The position numbers were made by a program, and so were the translations under genes. From an uncultured bacterium (GTDB lineage Bacteria; Fidelibacterota; UBA2242; JAFGTP01): DNA of 64,000 nucleotides. Shown here piece after piece: positions 48,481-58,560 of the stretch. The notes under the pieces were generated by a model that saw only the letters and a program-made list of their open reading frames with translations, was not told the origin of the DNA and did not search any database. The DNA lies in NCBI GenBank assembly GCA_964498725.1, contig CAZCHS010000002.1, positions 513 through 64,512 of the forward strand, given 5' to 3'. Position 1 is the first letter of the stretch, and each line of letters begins with the position of its first letter.

Positions 48481-49654
48481 AATTTATTACCATTCCGCCA
48501 CAATTAAGCGAATATTGATCCTGATTGCAATTGTGATGATATTTTCGCTGCTTTTTTATTCGCAAAAAATCGTTAATGATTTGAGGGATGACTCGACAAA
48601 ATTGATGAATTTTTATGCCGAAGTATATACCGATGCCATGTCCTATTCAGGCAATGACCTCAGTTTTGTATTTGAAAAAATAATTCAAAATATTTCCATC
48701 CCTATGATATTATCAGAAAAAAGGGACACGCTTGTACAAACCTGGAAAAATATTGATATAGCGGCAGAGACACCAAGTCAGACGGATACTTTAAAAATTT
48801 TAGCAAAAATGAGAGAAATGGATAATGCTAATGAACCAATCAGGTTGTCATATGAAGACATTACATTGGGATATATTCATTATGGAGATACCGACCTTAT
48901 CAATAAATTAAGAATGTTGCCATATATTGAGATTGGTCTGGTTTCCCTGTTTATTTTGTTAGGCTATATTGGATTCCAACAAATCCGTACCAGTGAAAGA
49001 AGTTCAATCTGGGCGGGAATGGCAAAAGAGACTGCGCACCAGTTAGGTACCCCCCTGAGTTCATTAATGGGCTGGCTGGCGGTGATGGAAAGTGAGGAGC
49101 CGGAAAACGATATTGTCAGGGAAATGAAGCAGGATATCAATCGCCTGAATAAAGTGACTAACCGCTTCTCAAAAATTGGCTCAAAACCGAATATTCAATA
49201 TGTGATATTAACGCCGGTGATCTTGGAAGCTGTAAAGTATTACCAGCGCCGGTTGCCGCAATTGAACCGGAAAGTTCAAATTATTTTTGATGATAAAAAA
49301 CAATTGTATGGAAATATTAATGCTGACATTTTCTCCTGGTCAATCGAAAATTTGATCAAAAATTCAATCGATGCCATCGGTGATAAAGATGGTGAAGTGA
49401 AAATTGTTTTGTCCGAAAACCGGGAAAAAGAATTAGTGCATATTGACGTTACCGACAATGGAAAAGGCATAGAAAAGAAGAACTGGGACAATATTTTTCG
49501 GCCCGGCTACAGTACTAAAAGAAGGGGCTGGGGATTAGGACTCAGTTTGACCAGACGAATTGTGGAGCAATATCACGAGGGTAAGATTTTTGTCAAAACC
49601 AGCAAACCCGGGATCGGAACAACTATTCGTATTACCATTCCAAGTAAAAAATGA
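48467..49654 (+). CDS. Membrane sensor histidine kinase (two TM helices, periplasmic loop, HisKA, HATPase_c)
   Basis: H-box 'AKETAHQLGTPLSSLMGW', N-box 'ENLIKNSIDA', 'DNGKGI', 'GWGLGLSL'. Overlaps the SDR gene by 14 nt. Confidence 0.85.
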   Translation: MMKNKIYYHSATIKRILILIAIVMIFSLLFYSQKIVNDLRDDSTKLMNFYAEVYTDAMSYSGNDLSFVFEKIIQNISIPMILSEKRDTLVQTWKNIDIAAETPSQTDTLKILAKMREMDNANEPIRLSYEDITLGYIHYGDTDLINKLRMLPYIEIGLVSLFILLGYIGFQQIRTSERSSIWAGMAKETAHQLGTPLSSLMGWLAVMESEEPENDIVREMKQDINRLNKVTNRFSKIGSKPNIQYVILTPVILEAVKYYQRRLPQLNRKVQIIFDDKKQLYGNINADIFSWSIENLIKNSIDAIGDKDGEVKIVLSENREKELVHIDVTDNGKGIEKKNWDNIFRPGYSTKRRGWGLGLSLTRRIVEQYHEGKIFVKTSKPGIGTTIRITIPSKK

Positions 49655-49725
49655 TTCGGTTGAGTATCATTTTTATTGATTAATTTGTAAAATGATAGCA
49701 ACAATCAAGATTTTTAGGAGGAATT

Positions 49726-50064
49726 ATGAGTTATTGTCCAAAATGTAAATATGAATTTGAAGATGATGTGAAAATCTGTCCTGACTGCAAGAAGGAATTG
49801 GTGGAAAAAAAACCGGTCGAGCAACATGTTGAACGTAAATGGGTGACACTGGATAAAATGACTTCATCTGTGATGGCTGATATGCTGAAAGAAGCACTGG
49901 AAGAAAATGAAATTAATTGTCTCGAAAAATCCGACATGTTTCATAGCGCTTTTGCAATGGAATCCACCTCCATGGCCGGGGGAGCAGTAGAGATACTGGT
50001 ACCGGCTGATCAAATTAATAAAGCAAAGAATATTCTGGAACAAATCAACGATCGTGTAACCTAG
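49726..50064 (+). CDS. Zinc-ribbon + DUF2007-like small protein
   Basis: 'CPKCKYEFEDDVKICPDCKKEL' four-Cys ribbon, then a ferredoxin-like 'putative signal transducing' pattern. Strong AGGAGG RBS. Confidence 0.55.
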   Translation: MSYCPKCKYEFEDDVKICPDCKKELVEKKPVEQHVERKWVTLDKMTSSVMADMLKEALEENEINCLEKSDMFHSAFAMESTSMAGGAVEILVPADQINKAKNILEQINDRVT

Positions 50065-50082
50065 TAAAAGAAAAAGGAAATT

Positions 50083-51342
50083 ATGGCTTACAAAAAAATT
50101 AAAGGAACCAAAGATATTTTACCCGACGAAATCTGGAAATGGGACTACCTTGAAGAAAAGATAAAAAAACATTTGAAGAACAGCGGATATTTTGAAATAC
50201 GCACCCCGATTTTTGAAGTTACTGAATTATTTGCTCGCGGCATTGGAGAAGAAACCGATGTGGTTTCCAAAGAAATGTACACTTTTGAAGATAAAGGCGG
50301 CAAAAGCCTGACACTCCGGCCGGAATTGACTGCTCCGGTTATTCGGGCCTATATTGAAAATAATCTTGACCAGATCAATCCGGTCAATAAACTTTTTTAT
50401 ATTGGTTCGCTGTTTCGGCAGGAAAGACCGCAAAAGGGACGGCTTCGCCAATTCAATCAGTTTGGTATTGAAATCGTCGGTACTCCCAATCCTGAAGCCG
50501 ATGCTGAAGTTATTCGTCTGATGTATGATATTTTCAATAGCATGGGAATTGATCAGATGACTGTTAAAATAAATAGTATCGGTGGCCGGGAAAGCAGAAT
50601 TGAATATCTAAAAATTCTTGATAAAGCGCTTGAAAGCCAATATGATCATCTTTGCCCTACTTGCCAAAAGCGATACCACAAAAACCTGCTGCGAATCTTT
50701 GATTGCAAAAATGAGGGATGCCAGCAGATATTGGATGAGCATGCGCCGGCCATTATTGATCATTTGAATGAAGAAGACAGGGCGCATTTTGCAGCAGTCA
50801 GAAAATTGCTTGATGCCACAGATACTCCTTATACAGTAGAAAAAAAATTGGTTCGGGGACTGGATTATTATACAAAAACAACCTTTGAAATTACCAGTGA
50901 TCTGCTGGGCTCACAGGATGCCATTTGTGGCGGTGGGCGTTATGATCACCTGGTTGAGGACCTGGATGGAAAATCCACACCGGCTGTAGGTGTGGCCTGC
51001 GGAATGGAACGGTTAATCCTGGTTCTGGATGAACTGGATGCCTGGCAAAAAGATGAAATGACAAATGTATTTTTTGTTACATTAGGCGAAAAATCAATTG
51101 AAAAAGGATTTCAGTTGGTGACGGAATTGCGCAAGGCCGGTATTCCGGCGCAAATGGATTTTATGCGCCGGTCAATGAAAGCACAAATGAGAAATGCCGG
51201 CAAGAACAATGCTAATTTTGTTGTTATTATCGGTGAAAATGAGTTGAATGATAATAAGGTAATCTTGAAAAATATGAGAGAACGGAAACAAGAAGAAGTT
51301 CAATTGGATAAGTTAGTGGAGACATTGATAGAAATATTTTGA
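50083..51342 (+). CDS. hisS: Histidine--tRNA ligase
   Basis: 'RPELTAPVIR', 'FRQERPQKGRLRQFNQ', 'GGGRYD'; 419 aa. Confidence 0.95.
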   Translation: MAYKKIKGTKDILPDEIWKWDYLEEKIKKHLKNSGYFEIRTPIFEVTELFARGIGEETDVVSKEMYTFEDKGGKSLTLRPELTAPVIRAYIENNLDQINPVNKLFYIGSLFRQERPQKGRLRQFNQFGIEIVGTPNPEADAEVIRLMYDIFNSMGIDQMTVKINSIGGRESRIEYLKILDKALESQYDHLCPTCQKRYHKNLLRIFDCKNEGCQQILDEHAPAIIDHLNEEDRAHFAAVRKLLDATDTPYTVEKKLVRGLDYYTKTTFEITSDLLGSQDAICGGGRYDHLVEDLDGKSTPAVGVACGMERLILVLDELDAWQKDEMTNVFFVTLGEKSIEKGFQLVTELRKAGIPAQMDFMRRSMKAQMRNAGKNNANFVVIIGENELNDNKVILKNMRERKQEEVQLDKLVETLIEIF

Positions 51343-51368
51343 GATAGATGAAAAAATATTATAAATCT

Positions 51369-51399
51369 AAGAGTCGTCTAATGGATGGCTCTTTTTTTT
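51369..51399 (+). terminator. Rho-independent terminator after hisS
   Basis: AAGAGTC / loop / GGCTCTT followed by T8. Confidence 0.6.
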
Positions 51400-51433
51400 A
51401 AAAAAAGAAAGGCTTGTTAAAAACAAGCCTTTT
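51400..51433 (-). terminator. Minus-strand terminator (probably for the thioesterase gene)
   Basis: AAAGGCTTGTT / AAAA / AACAAGCCTTT perfect stem. On the minus strand it is followed by CTTTCTTTTTTT. Confidence 0.55.
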
Positions 51434-51611
51434 CCCTCCTCCTCACTACAAAAGATATGTATCTTTTGTAAATCTATCCTGAAATATTTGAATTGAAAGT
51501 TAATATGTTTGTGTAGTAAAAGTTCATCAACTATAAATTTTTTCTGCATCTATTATAAAAAAATATCCTAAATATAGCAACGAAAAAAAAAGAAAAATGA
51601 TGATAAAATTA

Positions 51612-52022
51612 TTATTTATCATTCAGAATCATAGTAAAATTTTTTCTTAATTCCTCCGGTATTTGTTCTGAAATATTTTTTTCATGATTAAATAGTACAA
51701 AGGTGGCTACAGCTGTTAGGATGTGTTTGCCTGTATCATCATTATATATATCATGTCTGAACTGGACACTTTTATTGCCAATCTTATTAATACTGGATTC
51801 AATTCTGAGCAAATCCCCAAGGAAGGCAGGGGCATAATAATCGACTGTATTATTGGCGACAACCAGACCGTGTTTTTTAGAATATTTATTAAAATAGGGT
51901 AAATAGCGGTCCTTGACCGTCCAGCGGGCTTCTTCCAGAAATTCCAGGTACCGTGTGTTATTGACATGCCCATAGGCGTCAATATGATATCCACGTACTC
52001 TTATTTTGATAATATCAACCAT
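51612..52022 (-). CDS. Hotdog-fold acyl-CoA thioesterase (YbgC/4HBT family)
   Basis: 'VRGYHIDAYGHVNNTRYLEFLEEARW' matches the 4HBT N-terminal catalytic region; 136 aa. Confidence 0.8.
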   Translation of the reverse strand: MVDIIKIRVRGYHIDAYGHVNNTRYLEFLEEARWTVKDRYLPYFNKYSKKHGLVVANNTVDYYAPAFLGDLLRIESSINKIGNKSVQFRHDIYNDDTGKHILTAVATFVLFNHEKNISEQIPEELRKNFTMILNDK

Positions 52023-52265
52023 GAATAAATCTATAATTTGATGGGAATTTATAAAAGCATTTTAATTTTTAAAAATATTTAAAGAACCGTGAAATTAATA
52101 TTTTATCTTGTTTTTTAGAGGAGTTAACATGGTTTCGAAATGATAATTAATTACAATATTAATAAAATACCCGATAATTTTTAAAAAAAATTAAAAAACT
52201 CTTGATGTTAAATATTTTTAAACTTAATATTAGGAGAAATAAAAAATAGTTTAGATGGGAGGATT

Positions 52266-53600
52266 ATGAAAAAATACATAAAATTAATTATTGGTGGTTT
52301 ATTTTTCTCATTTATATTGATTTTTATCTATCAATGTGAAAGTGATAAAGTACTGATTTCCAACCCAAGTTTTGACGGTGACTATAAATTGAAATGGGGG
52401 GACCTTCCTAAATTAAAAGATGGCAGTGATTTTAAACTGGGCGGTTTCCAATCTATAGACTATATCAGTGATAATGAATTTGTTTTTGTGACTGACAGGG
52501 GACCGGTCATCAATGAAATTATCGGCATCAGGGAAAAAGTAAATTTTTTAGCACCTGATTTTGTCCCGGAAATTGTAAGAGTCAAATTAAAGGACAATAA
52601 CTCCATTGAAATAATTGACCGTCATCCAATCAAAACCCTACAGGGGGAAAGCGTCAGTGGATTACCTTCCCGTACAGATGTGGAAATTGTTAATCCGGAA
52701 TTGGATGCAGCCTTTTGGGGAATGAATCCCGGTGGTGTGGTTTATAATCCCGTAGGCAATTCCTATTGGGTAGCAGAAAAATATGCGCCATCATTATTGG
52801 AGGTTACCGGCAGATGGGGAAGTCTTGGTGATAAAGGTGATCACGCTAATATCCTTCGCAGATTTCGTCCTTATGAAGGATTACGCCGATATTATGCTCG
52901 CCGTGTTGGTGATGGTGGATTTGCCGGCATTGATGTGGACATAAAAAACAGGTTGTGGATGACTATCGAAAAAAATCTGATTAATTACCCGGTACTATTC
53001 AGTGATGGTGAATTGGTGGAACTGGATTCGCTGACTTTATACAAAGACAAACGAAGAATTGTCAGAAAAGATCCGGGGGAAGGCTATGATATGTCAGCCA
53101 TCTACCAGGTGGAGCCGGAATCTTTTGATGGTGTCCGTCCTGAAGATGTCAGTATCCTGGGCATTGCTGTTTATAATGATACCACTTGCTATGTAACGGA
53201 GTACGGCTGTACTGGTGACAATGTCCGTAATCTTCTTGTCAAGGTAATTTGTCCTGCCGGGGTGTGGGTTTCGCCAACTTCTGAAAGTTTGTTTTGGGAA
53301 GATGATGAAAATAACATCACCCATTATCGCACTTATGAAACCCTTTCTGAGGCTGACAAGGATTCTATCAACACACAGAGCCAGGGAAGAAAAATTTCCT
53401 ATGCTGCAAAACGTAAATTATATGATCTGTCACTTGAATTTTCGAATAAACCGGTTGGCTTAACAATTATTGATAATCACAAAATTGCTATTCTTGGTGA
53501 ACATAAGTATGGTATCAAATCAGCTAATATTGAAACCGGTGATGTAGATATTGAAAAAGAAGATGTGATTGTAAAAGTATTAGACCTTCAGGGATTATAA
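52266..53600 (+). CDS. Lipoprotein, possibly phytase-like/esterase-like beta-propeller family
   Basis: Signal peptide with Cys ('IFIYQC'). 'GGFQSIDYISDNEFVFVTDRGP' resembles the SGL...DRG pattern of PF13449-type proteins. GGGAGGA RBS. Confidence 0.35.
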   Translation: MKKYIKLIIGGLFFSFILIFIYQCESDKVLISNPSFDGDYKLKWGDLPKLKDGSDFKLGGFQSIDYISDNEFVFVTDRGPVINEIIGIREKVNFLAPDFVPEIVRVKLKDNNSIEIIDRHPIKTLQGESVSGLPSRTDVEIVNPELDAAFWGMNPGGVVYNPVGNSYWVAEKYAPSLLEVTGRWGSLGDKGDHANILRRFRPYEGLRRYYARRVGDGGFAGIDVDIKNRLWMTIEKNLINYPVLFSDGELVELDSLTLYKDKRRIVRKDPGEGYDMSAIYQVEPESFDGVRPEDVSILGIAVYNDTTCYVTEYGCTGDNVRNLLVKVICPAGVWVSPTSESLFWEDDENNITHYRTYETLSEADKDSINTQSQGRKISYAAKRKLYDLSLEFSNKPVGLTIIDNHKIAILGEHKYGIKSANIETGDVDIEKEDVIVKVLDLQGL

Positions 53601-53616
53601 ACATGGGGTTAATCGA

Positions 53617-54225
53617 ATGTCCAAAAAACTATTATTATTAACATTTATAGTCGGCTTGTTGTGGGTAATGACCTGTGATTTTCCAACTTATCAGGAAATC
53701 ACGGACCCGGCCAAGGTAAGAGTATGGTTTACCTACAGTTTGGGGGAGAATTCTACTTTCCAAAATATTGTTGAGGAAACCGACAGTTTAAAAATCAGAT
53801 GTACAAATTTCAGACTGTACAATGATACTCTGTATACGCAGTTTTATCAAAATGAAGATATGTTCCGGCAAAATCGCGATAGTGTGAAAAGTATCAATAT
53901 ACTGAGTACCAGCTCCGATACTATAAAAATTGCCGAAGGATTGGTACCCCCATATGATTATACACGTCTGGAATTCCAGATTACACCGGAAGATACTATC
54001 TTTGTGATTGGTGGCAAAACCTATCCGTTGAACTATCAGGACGAAAAAGCCGAAACAATGGTTCGAATTAATCAGGTTCTTTCCCATGAATCCCGGAAAA
54101 CCACTGATATTTATTTGACCTATTATGCCGATAAAGGCATACGACGGATCGGTGATAAGTTTTATTTTAGTACAGTCGGCGATGACAGTGCTGCAATTGG
54201 CAATATTAATATCAGACAAAACTAG
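53617..54225 (+). CDS. Small lipoprotein (DUF4382-like?)
   Basis: Lipobox 'VMTC'. 'GLVPPYDYTRLEFQITP' resembles the DUF4382 beta-sandwich pattern. Weak call. Confidence 0.3.
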   Translation: MSKKLLLLTFIVGLLWVMTCDFPTYQEITDPAKVRVWFTYSLGENSTFQNIVEETDSLKIRCTNFRLYNDTLYTQFYQNEDMFRQNRDSVKSINILSTSSDTIKIAEGLVPPYDYTRLEFQITPEDTIFVIGGKTYPLNYQDEKAETMVRINQVLSHESRKTTDIYLTYYADKGIRRIGDKFYFSTVGDDSAAIGNINIRQN

Positions 54226-54228
54226 AGT

Positions 54229-55734
54229 ATGCATATGAAAATGATACACAAATTATTTTTAGTTCTATTATTCTCAATAGCGCTGATCGTGATCAGTTGT
54301 TCGGATATGCTCAATCCGGAATTGGGAGGCGAGAAAAAAGAAATTCAACCGCCGGCAACTAAAATATTAAACATTCCGGCAGAAAATGAACCGGCCCCGA
54401 TTTCACAATTATACCAGGCGGTTTTGCAGATCGGCTGGAAGGGAATTTCAGATAATAGTCTGATCAGGGGCTTTTATTATCAGATCACTTCGGAGTTTAT
54501 GGAGCGTGGTGAAGTTGTCATACAGGAGCCGGTATTTACCAATAAGGAATCTGCAACGATTGTTTTTCCGTCCCGGGATAAGGTTAATAAACAGGTGATC
54601 ACGGTTTTTGCGCAAGATAAAGACGGACGTGTTGATCCGGTGGGCGACAGCCTGACAATCTATACAAGACAGAGCATTGCTCCGGATACCAGAATCCTTT
54701 TTCCCAATGATCAGGACACATTGCTGGTGAATGCACAGACCGATTATATCTGGAAAGGGTTCAAAGTTGTCGTGGCCGATTCTCAGCCCAATCCTTATAA
54801 TTATGCAAATCCTCCCGAAATAATGGATTATCTTTATAAAATTGATGATGGCGAATGGTCATCACCCCAGTCTGACAGCGCATTTTATATTGATCCGGAA
54901 ATAATATCCGGCCCAATTGAAGGGCCTCATAAACTTTACGTGAAAGCCAGAAATACCGCTTATAAAGATGATACAACAGCTGCCGAGTTGAATTTGTACT
55001 TGTACCTGCCGGATGAAAATAAACGGGAGTGGCTTATCATTGATGATACCAATACACGGTTTAAACCCAAAGATTCCGATCATGACCAGTATTTTGAAGA
55101 TATCTTCAATTATTTGGGAAAACAGGATGTCGGAACCTGGGATGTAAAAGATCAGGGAGTCATTACAATGAAAGAGATTAAAAAATATAAATATGTACTT
55201 TACCATTCGGAAGATGCCGGTAATACCAACATTGACCAGATGGTACCGGTTTTCACACAATATCTTGAGACCGGCGGCCGGCTAATGATCACAACCAAAG
55301 AAACTCTGGATAAACTGAATCGCAATAATGTACGTAAAGAATTGCTTTACTATGGCGATTTTATCAGTGATTTTCTTCATATCAAAGATTATCGAATGGG
55401 CGGCAGTGTCCCGGATAAATTACAGGGATTGAATTTTGTCAATAGCCCGGATACCGCGATTGTGGACAGCAATAAGATCAGTGCCTCAATTGGCGGTGTG
55501 ACCGGTGTTACCTATATCAATGAAATTGGGGACTTTGCAGAACCTGTATTTGAATATGCAACAGGAGATTCCGCCAATCTAAACTGGAATGGTGCTGATG
55601 TGGGAATCGGGTATTATAATGATTCTTATCGTTTGATATTCTGTGGGTTTCCAATGTACCCTTTTACTGTTGAAAGCGGTGCGGCTATTATATCTGAAGT
55701 AGAAACGTATTTTAATGAAGAAAAACCATTCTAA
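54229..55734 (+). CDS. Lipoprotein of unknown function
   Basis: Lipobox 'VISC'. No motif recognised. Starts 3 nt after the previous gene. Confidence 0.4.
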   Translation: MHMKMIHKLFLVLLFSIALIVISCSDMLNPELGGEKKEIQPPATKILNIPAENEPAPISQLYQAVLQIGWKGISDNSLIRGFYYQITSEFMERGEVVIQEPVFTNKESATIVFPSRDKVNKQVITVFAQDKDGRVDPVGDSLTIYTRQSIAPDTRILFPNDQDTLLVNAQTDYIWKGFKVVVADSQPNPYNYANPPEIMDYLYKIDDGEWSSPQSDSAFYIDPEIISGPIEGPHKLYVKARNTAYKDDTTAAELNLYLYLPDENKREWLIIDDTNTRFKPKDSDHDQYFEDIFNYLGKQDVGTWDVKDQGVITMKEIKKYKYVLYHSEDAGNTNIDQMVPVFTQYLETGGRLMITTKETLDKLNRNNVRKELLYYGDFISDFLHIKDYRMGGSVPDKLQGLNFVNSPDTAIVDSNKISASIGGVTGVTYINEIGDFAEPVFEYATGDSANLNWNGADVGIGYYNDSYRLIFCGFPMYPFTVESGAAIISEVETYFNEEKPF

Positions 55735-55750
55735 ATAAAGTAGGATAGTA

Positions 55751-58546
55751 ATGAATAGTTTTAAAATTTTTAAATACAATGATAGAGCAAGAGCATTATT
55801 CATCGGTTTGGTCATTTTGATGATGACGACAATCTGTTATGCAGATTACGGTATTGTCAAAGGTCGCATTACTGACAGCGAAACCGGAATGGCATTAATG
55901 GGCGCTAATGTTGTTTTAGTGAGCAATGATAATAAAAGTGAAGTCTTTGGGTCTGCCAGTGATGAGAATGGTCTCTATCTGATTACTCAGGTTCCGGCCG
56001 GTACCTATACGCTGAAAATCACATTCATCAGTTACAGTGAATATATTGTTAAAGAAGTAAAAGTCAGCGCTAACCGGATGACAAAAATTGATGCTGTTCT
56101 GAAACCGGAAACAATTCAGGGTGAGCAGGTCATTGTCACCGCTGAAAAACCGGCTGTGGATGTAAAAACCGCCAGTTCTTCACAGGTAATTGGCAGTGAG
56201 GAGATTTCCAGAATGCCTGTGGCCACCAATGCCAGTGACTTGTTTGCCATGCAGGCTGGTGTGGTTAAGGTGGATGACGCGATCCATGTTCGGGGCGGCC
56301 GCAGTGATGAAGTACTCTACCTGGTAGACGGAGTGCCGGTCAATGATCCGATTACCGGAGTCAATGCAGTGGATATTGATATCAATCAGATTAAAGAAGT
56401 GGAGATCATCAAAGGTGGCTTTGATGCCCGTTATGGAAATGCCCAGAGCGCGATTATAAACATCATTACCAAATCCGGCAAAGATTATATTGATGTGGAC
56501 TTCCATGCCAAAACCGACCATGTCAGTTTCGGACGGAACGAAGGATATAACTATGGTTACCTGGGAATTAACGGACCTATGAATTTCATCCCCGGCGACG
56601 GCAGCTTTTCCACAACTTTTTCCACCGATCTGAAAGATGGTTATTATCATATGGGCGGGGATTACGGCGAAACCGAATTAGGACCCTTTGACATACCCAA
56701 TCACCAGCATACAAATTATAAAGGAACCGCCAGTATTGATTATAAACCAACAAAAAAAGTGCGTCTCAATCTTAAATACCGATACCAGAATAATTTCAAT
56801 AAAGGATATGTCTATAGTTGGCGGCAATTGCCCGACCGTGTGGGAGTTGGTGAAAATACTGTCAACAAATTCACCGGAATTTTTCGTCACTCCCTGGGCG
56901 AAAATACCTATTACCGGTTTAATGTGTCAAAACAAAACAGCCACAGTTATAATGGCTTGTTGGGTCTGGAATCACCGGAAGATACCTGGAATTATGATTT
57001 GACATTGCCGGTCTATAATCCGGAAACCAATGAATCTTTTGAAATATCAACCAATATCGCCAACATTCAATCAGTCTATGATTCACTCAATTCTCTTGGA
57101 TTGGGTGAAGAAAATATATTATGGAACCGGACTGACCCCAATTATGTAGGGCCGCCGGAAAACATTGATAATGATTTTGATCATTTTATTGATGAAGGGA
57201 TCACAAAAAGTTATAATGAGTCTACCAGTGATGTCTGGGATATGGATTTTCAGTTTGTGAAGCATATTGCAAAAATCCATAAGTTCGAATTCGGGGGTTC
57301 CTATCAATACAAAGATATTCAATATCAGAGCATCAGTAATTATAACAATTATTACCCGATGCGGGATAGTCTTCCCGGTGAACACTCACGCTATGGAAGT
57401 TTGCGCTGGTATTTCAATGATATACCGCAGCGGGGCAGTTGGTACATACAGGACCGGATCGATTACGCGGGAATGTATCTCTTAATAGGTCTTCGCGCTG
57501 ATTATTACATTCATGGTAATACCGTAAATTCACAAAAATATATAAAGGCATTTAATGAACATACCGGTAAGGATATTGAAGAGTTTGATAAAGTGAAGGC
57601 CGCCCTCAGTCCGCGCTTTGGCCTCTCAATTCCGGCCAATACTAAGACAAAAGTGTTTTTCAATTACGGTTATTTTGCGCAGCAGCCGAGTTTTAGTCAT
57701 ATGTATCTCGATCCCTTCCTGAACAGTACGATTGGTAATCCGAATCTTGATCCGCGCAAATCAATCAGTTATGAAGTTGGTGTGGAAACAGAGTTTATTC
57801 GCGATTTTGTCTTGAGAGTTAAGATTTTTGGAAAAGATTACGCAGGGTCGATCGGCGGACGCCAAACTAAAACCGAGCCCATTAATATTATTTATGAAAA
57901 CACTGGTTTTGGTTCTTCCCGGGGATTTGAAACCGAATTACGGAAAGAATATTCCAATTATTATGCCTTAACAGCCAACTACGCCTACACACTGGCCCGG
58001 GGCTTTAGTTTGACAGCCCTTGATGCTTACCAGAAGGGCGAATCAGTACCACCGCCGGTCAGGGCTCAGCGTGTGGGACACGATGTCAACCATGTGGCAA
58101 AATTACAGTTCTCCTTTTATGTACCGGAGAGCAGACCGATCGAAATGTTTGGTTATCACCTTAAAGATTTTTCAATGAATTTAATGGGAACTTATTCTTC
58201 CGGTTATCCTTACACTCCGGTTATACCGAATCAACTCTATGTGGAAGCAAATACCGAAACCGGTCCTGACAGATATAATTTGGATGCCGATATACAAAAA
58301 GGGTTCAGAGTTGGAAAAGTCCGATTCAGGCTGTTTTTGGAAGCCAATAATATCCTGAATTTTAGAAATATAAACATTGGTTCCGGCGGTTTTAACAGAC
58401 GAACCGGGGAAGCCCTCGATTATGGCGATCTGAGCGGCACCAGTGATTATTATATGCTTTATCCTGATGTGATCTTTAGTCGCGGGATAAATACCTATAA
58501 TTGGGAAAGATTAATCAGGCTCGGTTTAAAAATTAACTTTAATTAA
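55751..58546 (+). CDS. TonB-dependent-receptor-like outer-membrane barrel with an N-terminal CarboxypepD_reg domain
   Basis: 'GIVKGRITDSETGMALMGANVVLV...YLITQVPAGTYTLKITFISY' (CarboxypepD_reg). Plug region 'VIGSEEISRMPVATNASDLFAMQAGV...IHVRGGRSDEVLYLVDGVPVND'. A long beta-rich C-terminal region follows. Confidence 0.8.
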   Translation: MNSFKIFKYNDRARALFIGLVILMMTTICYADYGIVKGRITDSETGMALMGANVVLVSNDNKSEVFGSASDENGLYLITQVPAGTYTLKITFISYSEYIVKEVKVSANRMTKIDAVLKPETIQGEQVIVTAEKPAVDVKTASSSQVIGSEEISRMPVATNASDLFAMQAGVVKVDDAIHVRGGRSDEVLYLVDGVPVNDPITGVNAVDIDINQIKEVEIIKGGFDARYGNAQSAIINIITKSGKDYIDVDFHAKTDHVSFGRNEGYNYGYLGINGPMNFIPGDGSFSTTFSTDLKDGYYHMGGDYGETELGPFDIPNHQHTNYKGTASIDYKPTKKVRLNLKYRYQNNFNKGYVYSWRQLPDRVGVGENTVNKFTGIFRHSLGENTYYRFNVSKQNSHSYNGLLGLESPEDTWNYDLTLPVYNPETNESFEISTNIANIQSVYDSLNSLGLGEENILWNRTDPNYVGPPENIDNDFDHFIDEGITKSYNESTSDVWDMDFQFVKHIAKIHKFEFGGSYQYKDIQYQSISNYNNYYPMRDSLPGEHSRYGSLRWYFNDIPQRGSWYIQDRIDYAGMYLLIGLRADYYIHGNTVNSQKYIKAFNEHTGKDIEEFDKVKAALSPRFGLSIPANTKTKVFFNYGYFAQQPSFSHMYLDPFLNSTIGNPNLDPRKSISYEVGVETEFIRDFVLRVKIFGKDYAGSIGGRQTKTEPINIIYENTGFGSSRGFETELRKEYSNYYALTANYAYTLARGFSLTALDAYQKGESVPPPVRAQRVGHDVNHVAKLQFSFYVPESRPIEMFGYHLKDFSMNLMGTYSSGYPYTPVIPNQLYVEANTETGPDRYNLDADIQKGFRVGKVRFRLFLEANNILNFRNINIGSGGFNRRTGEALDYGDLSGTSDYYMLYPDVIFSRGINTYNWERLIRLGLKINFN

Positions 58547-58560
58547 TAAAAAGGGTTATA

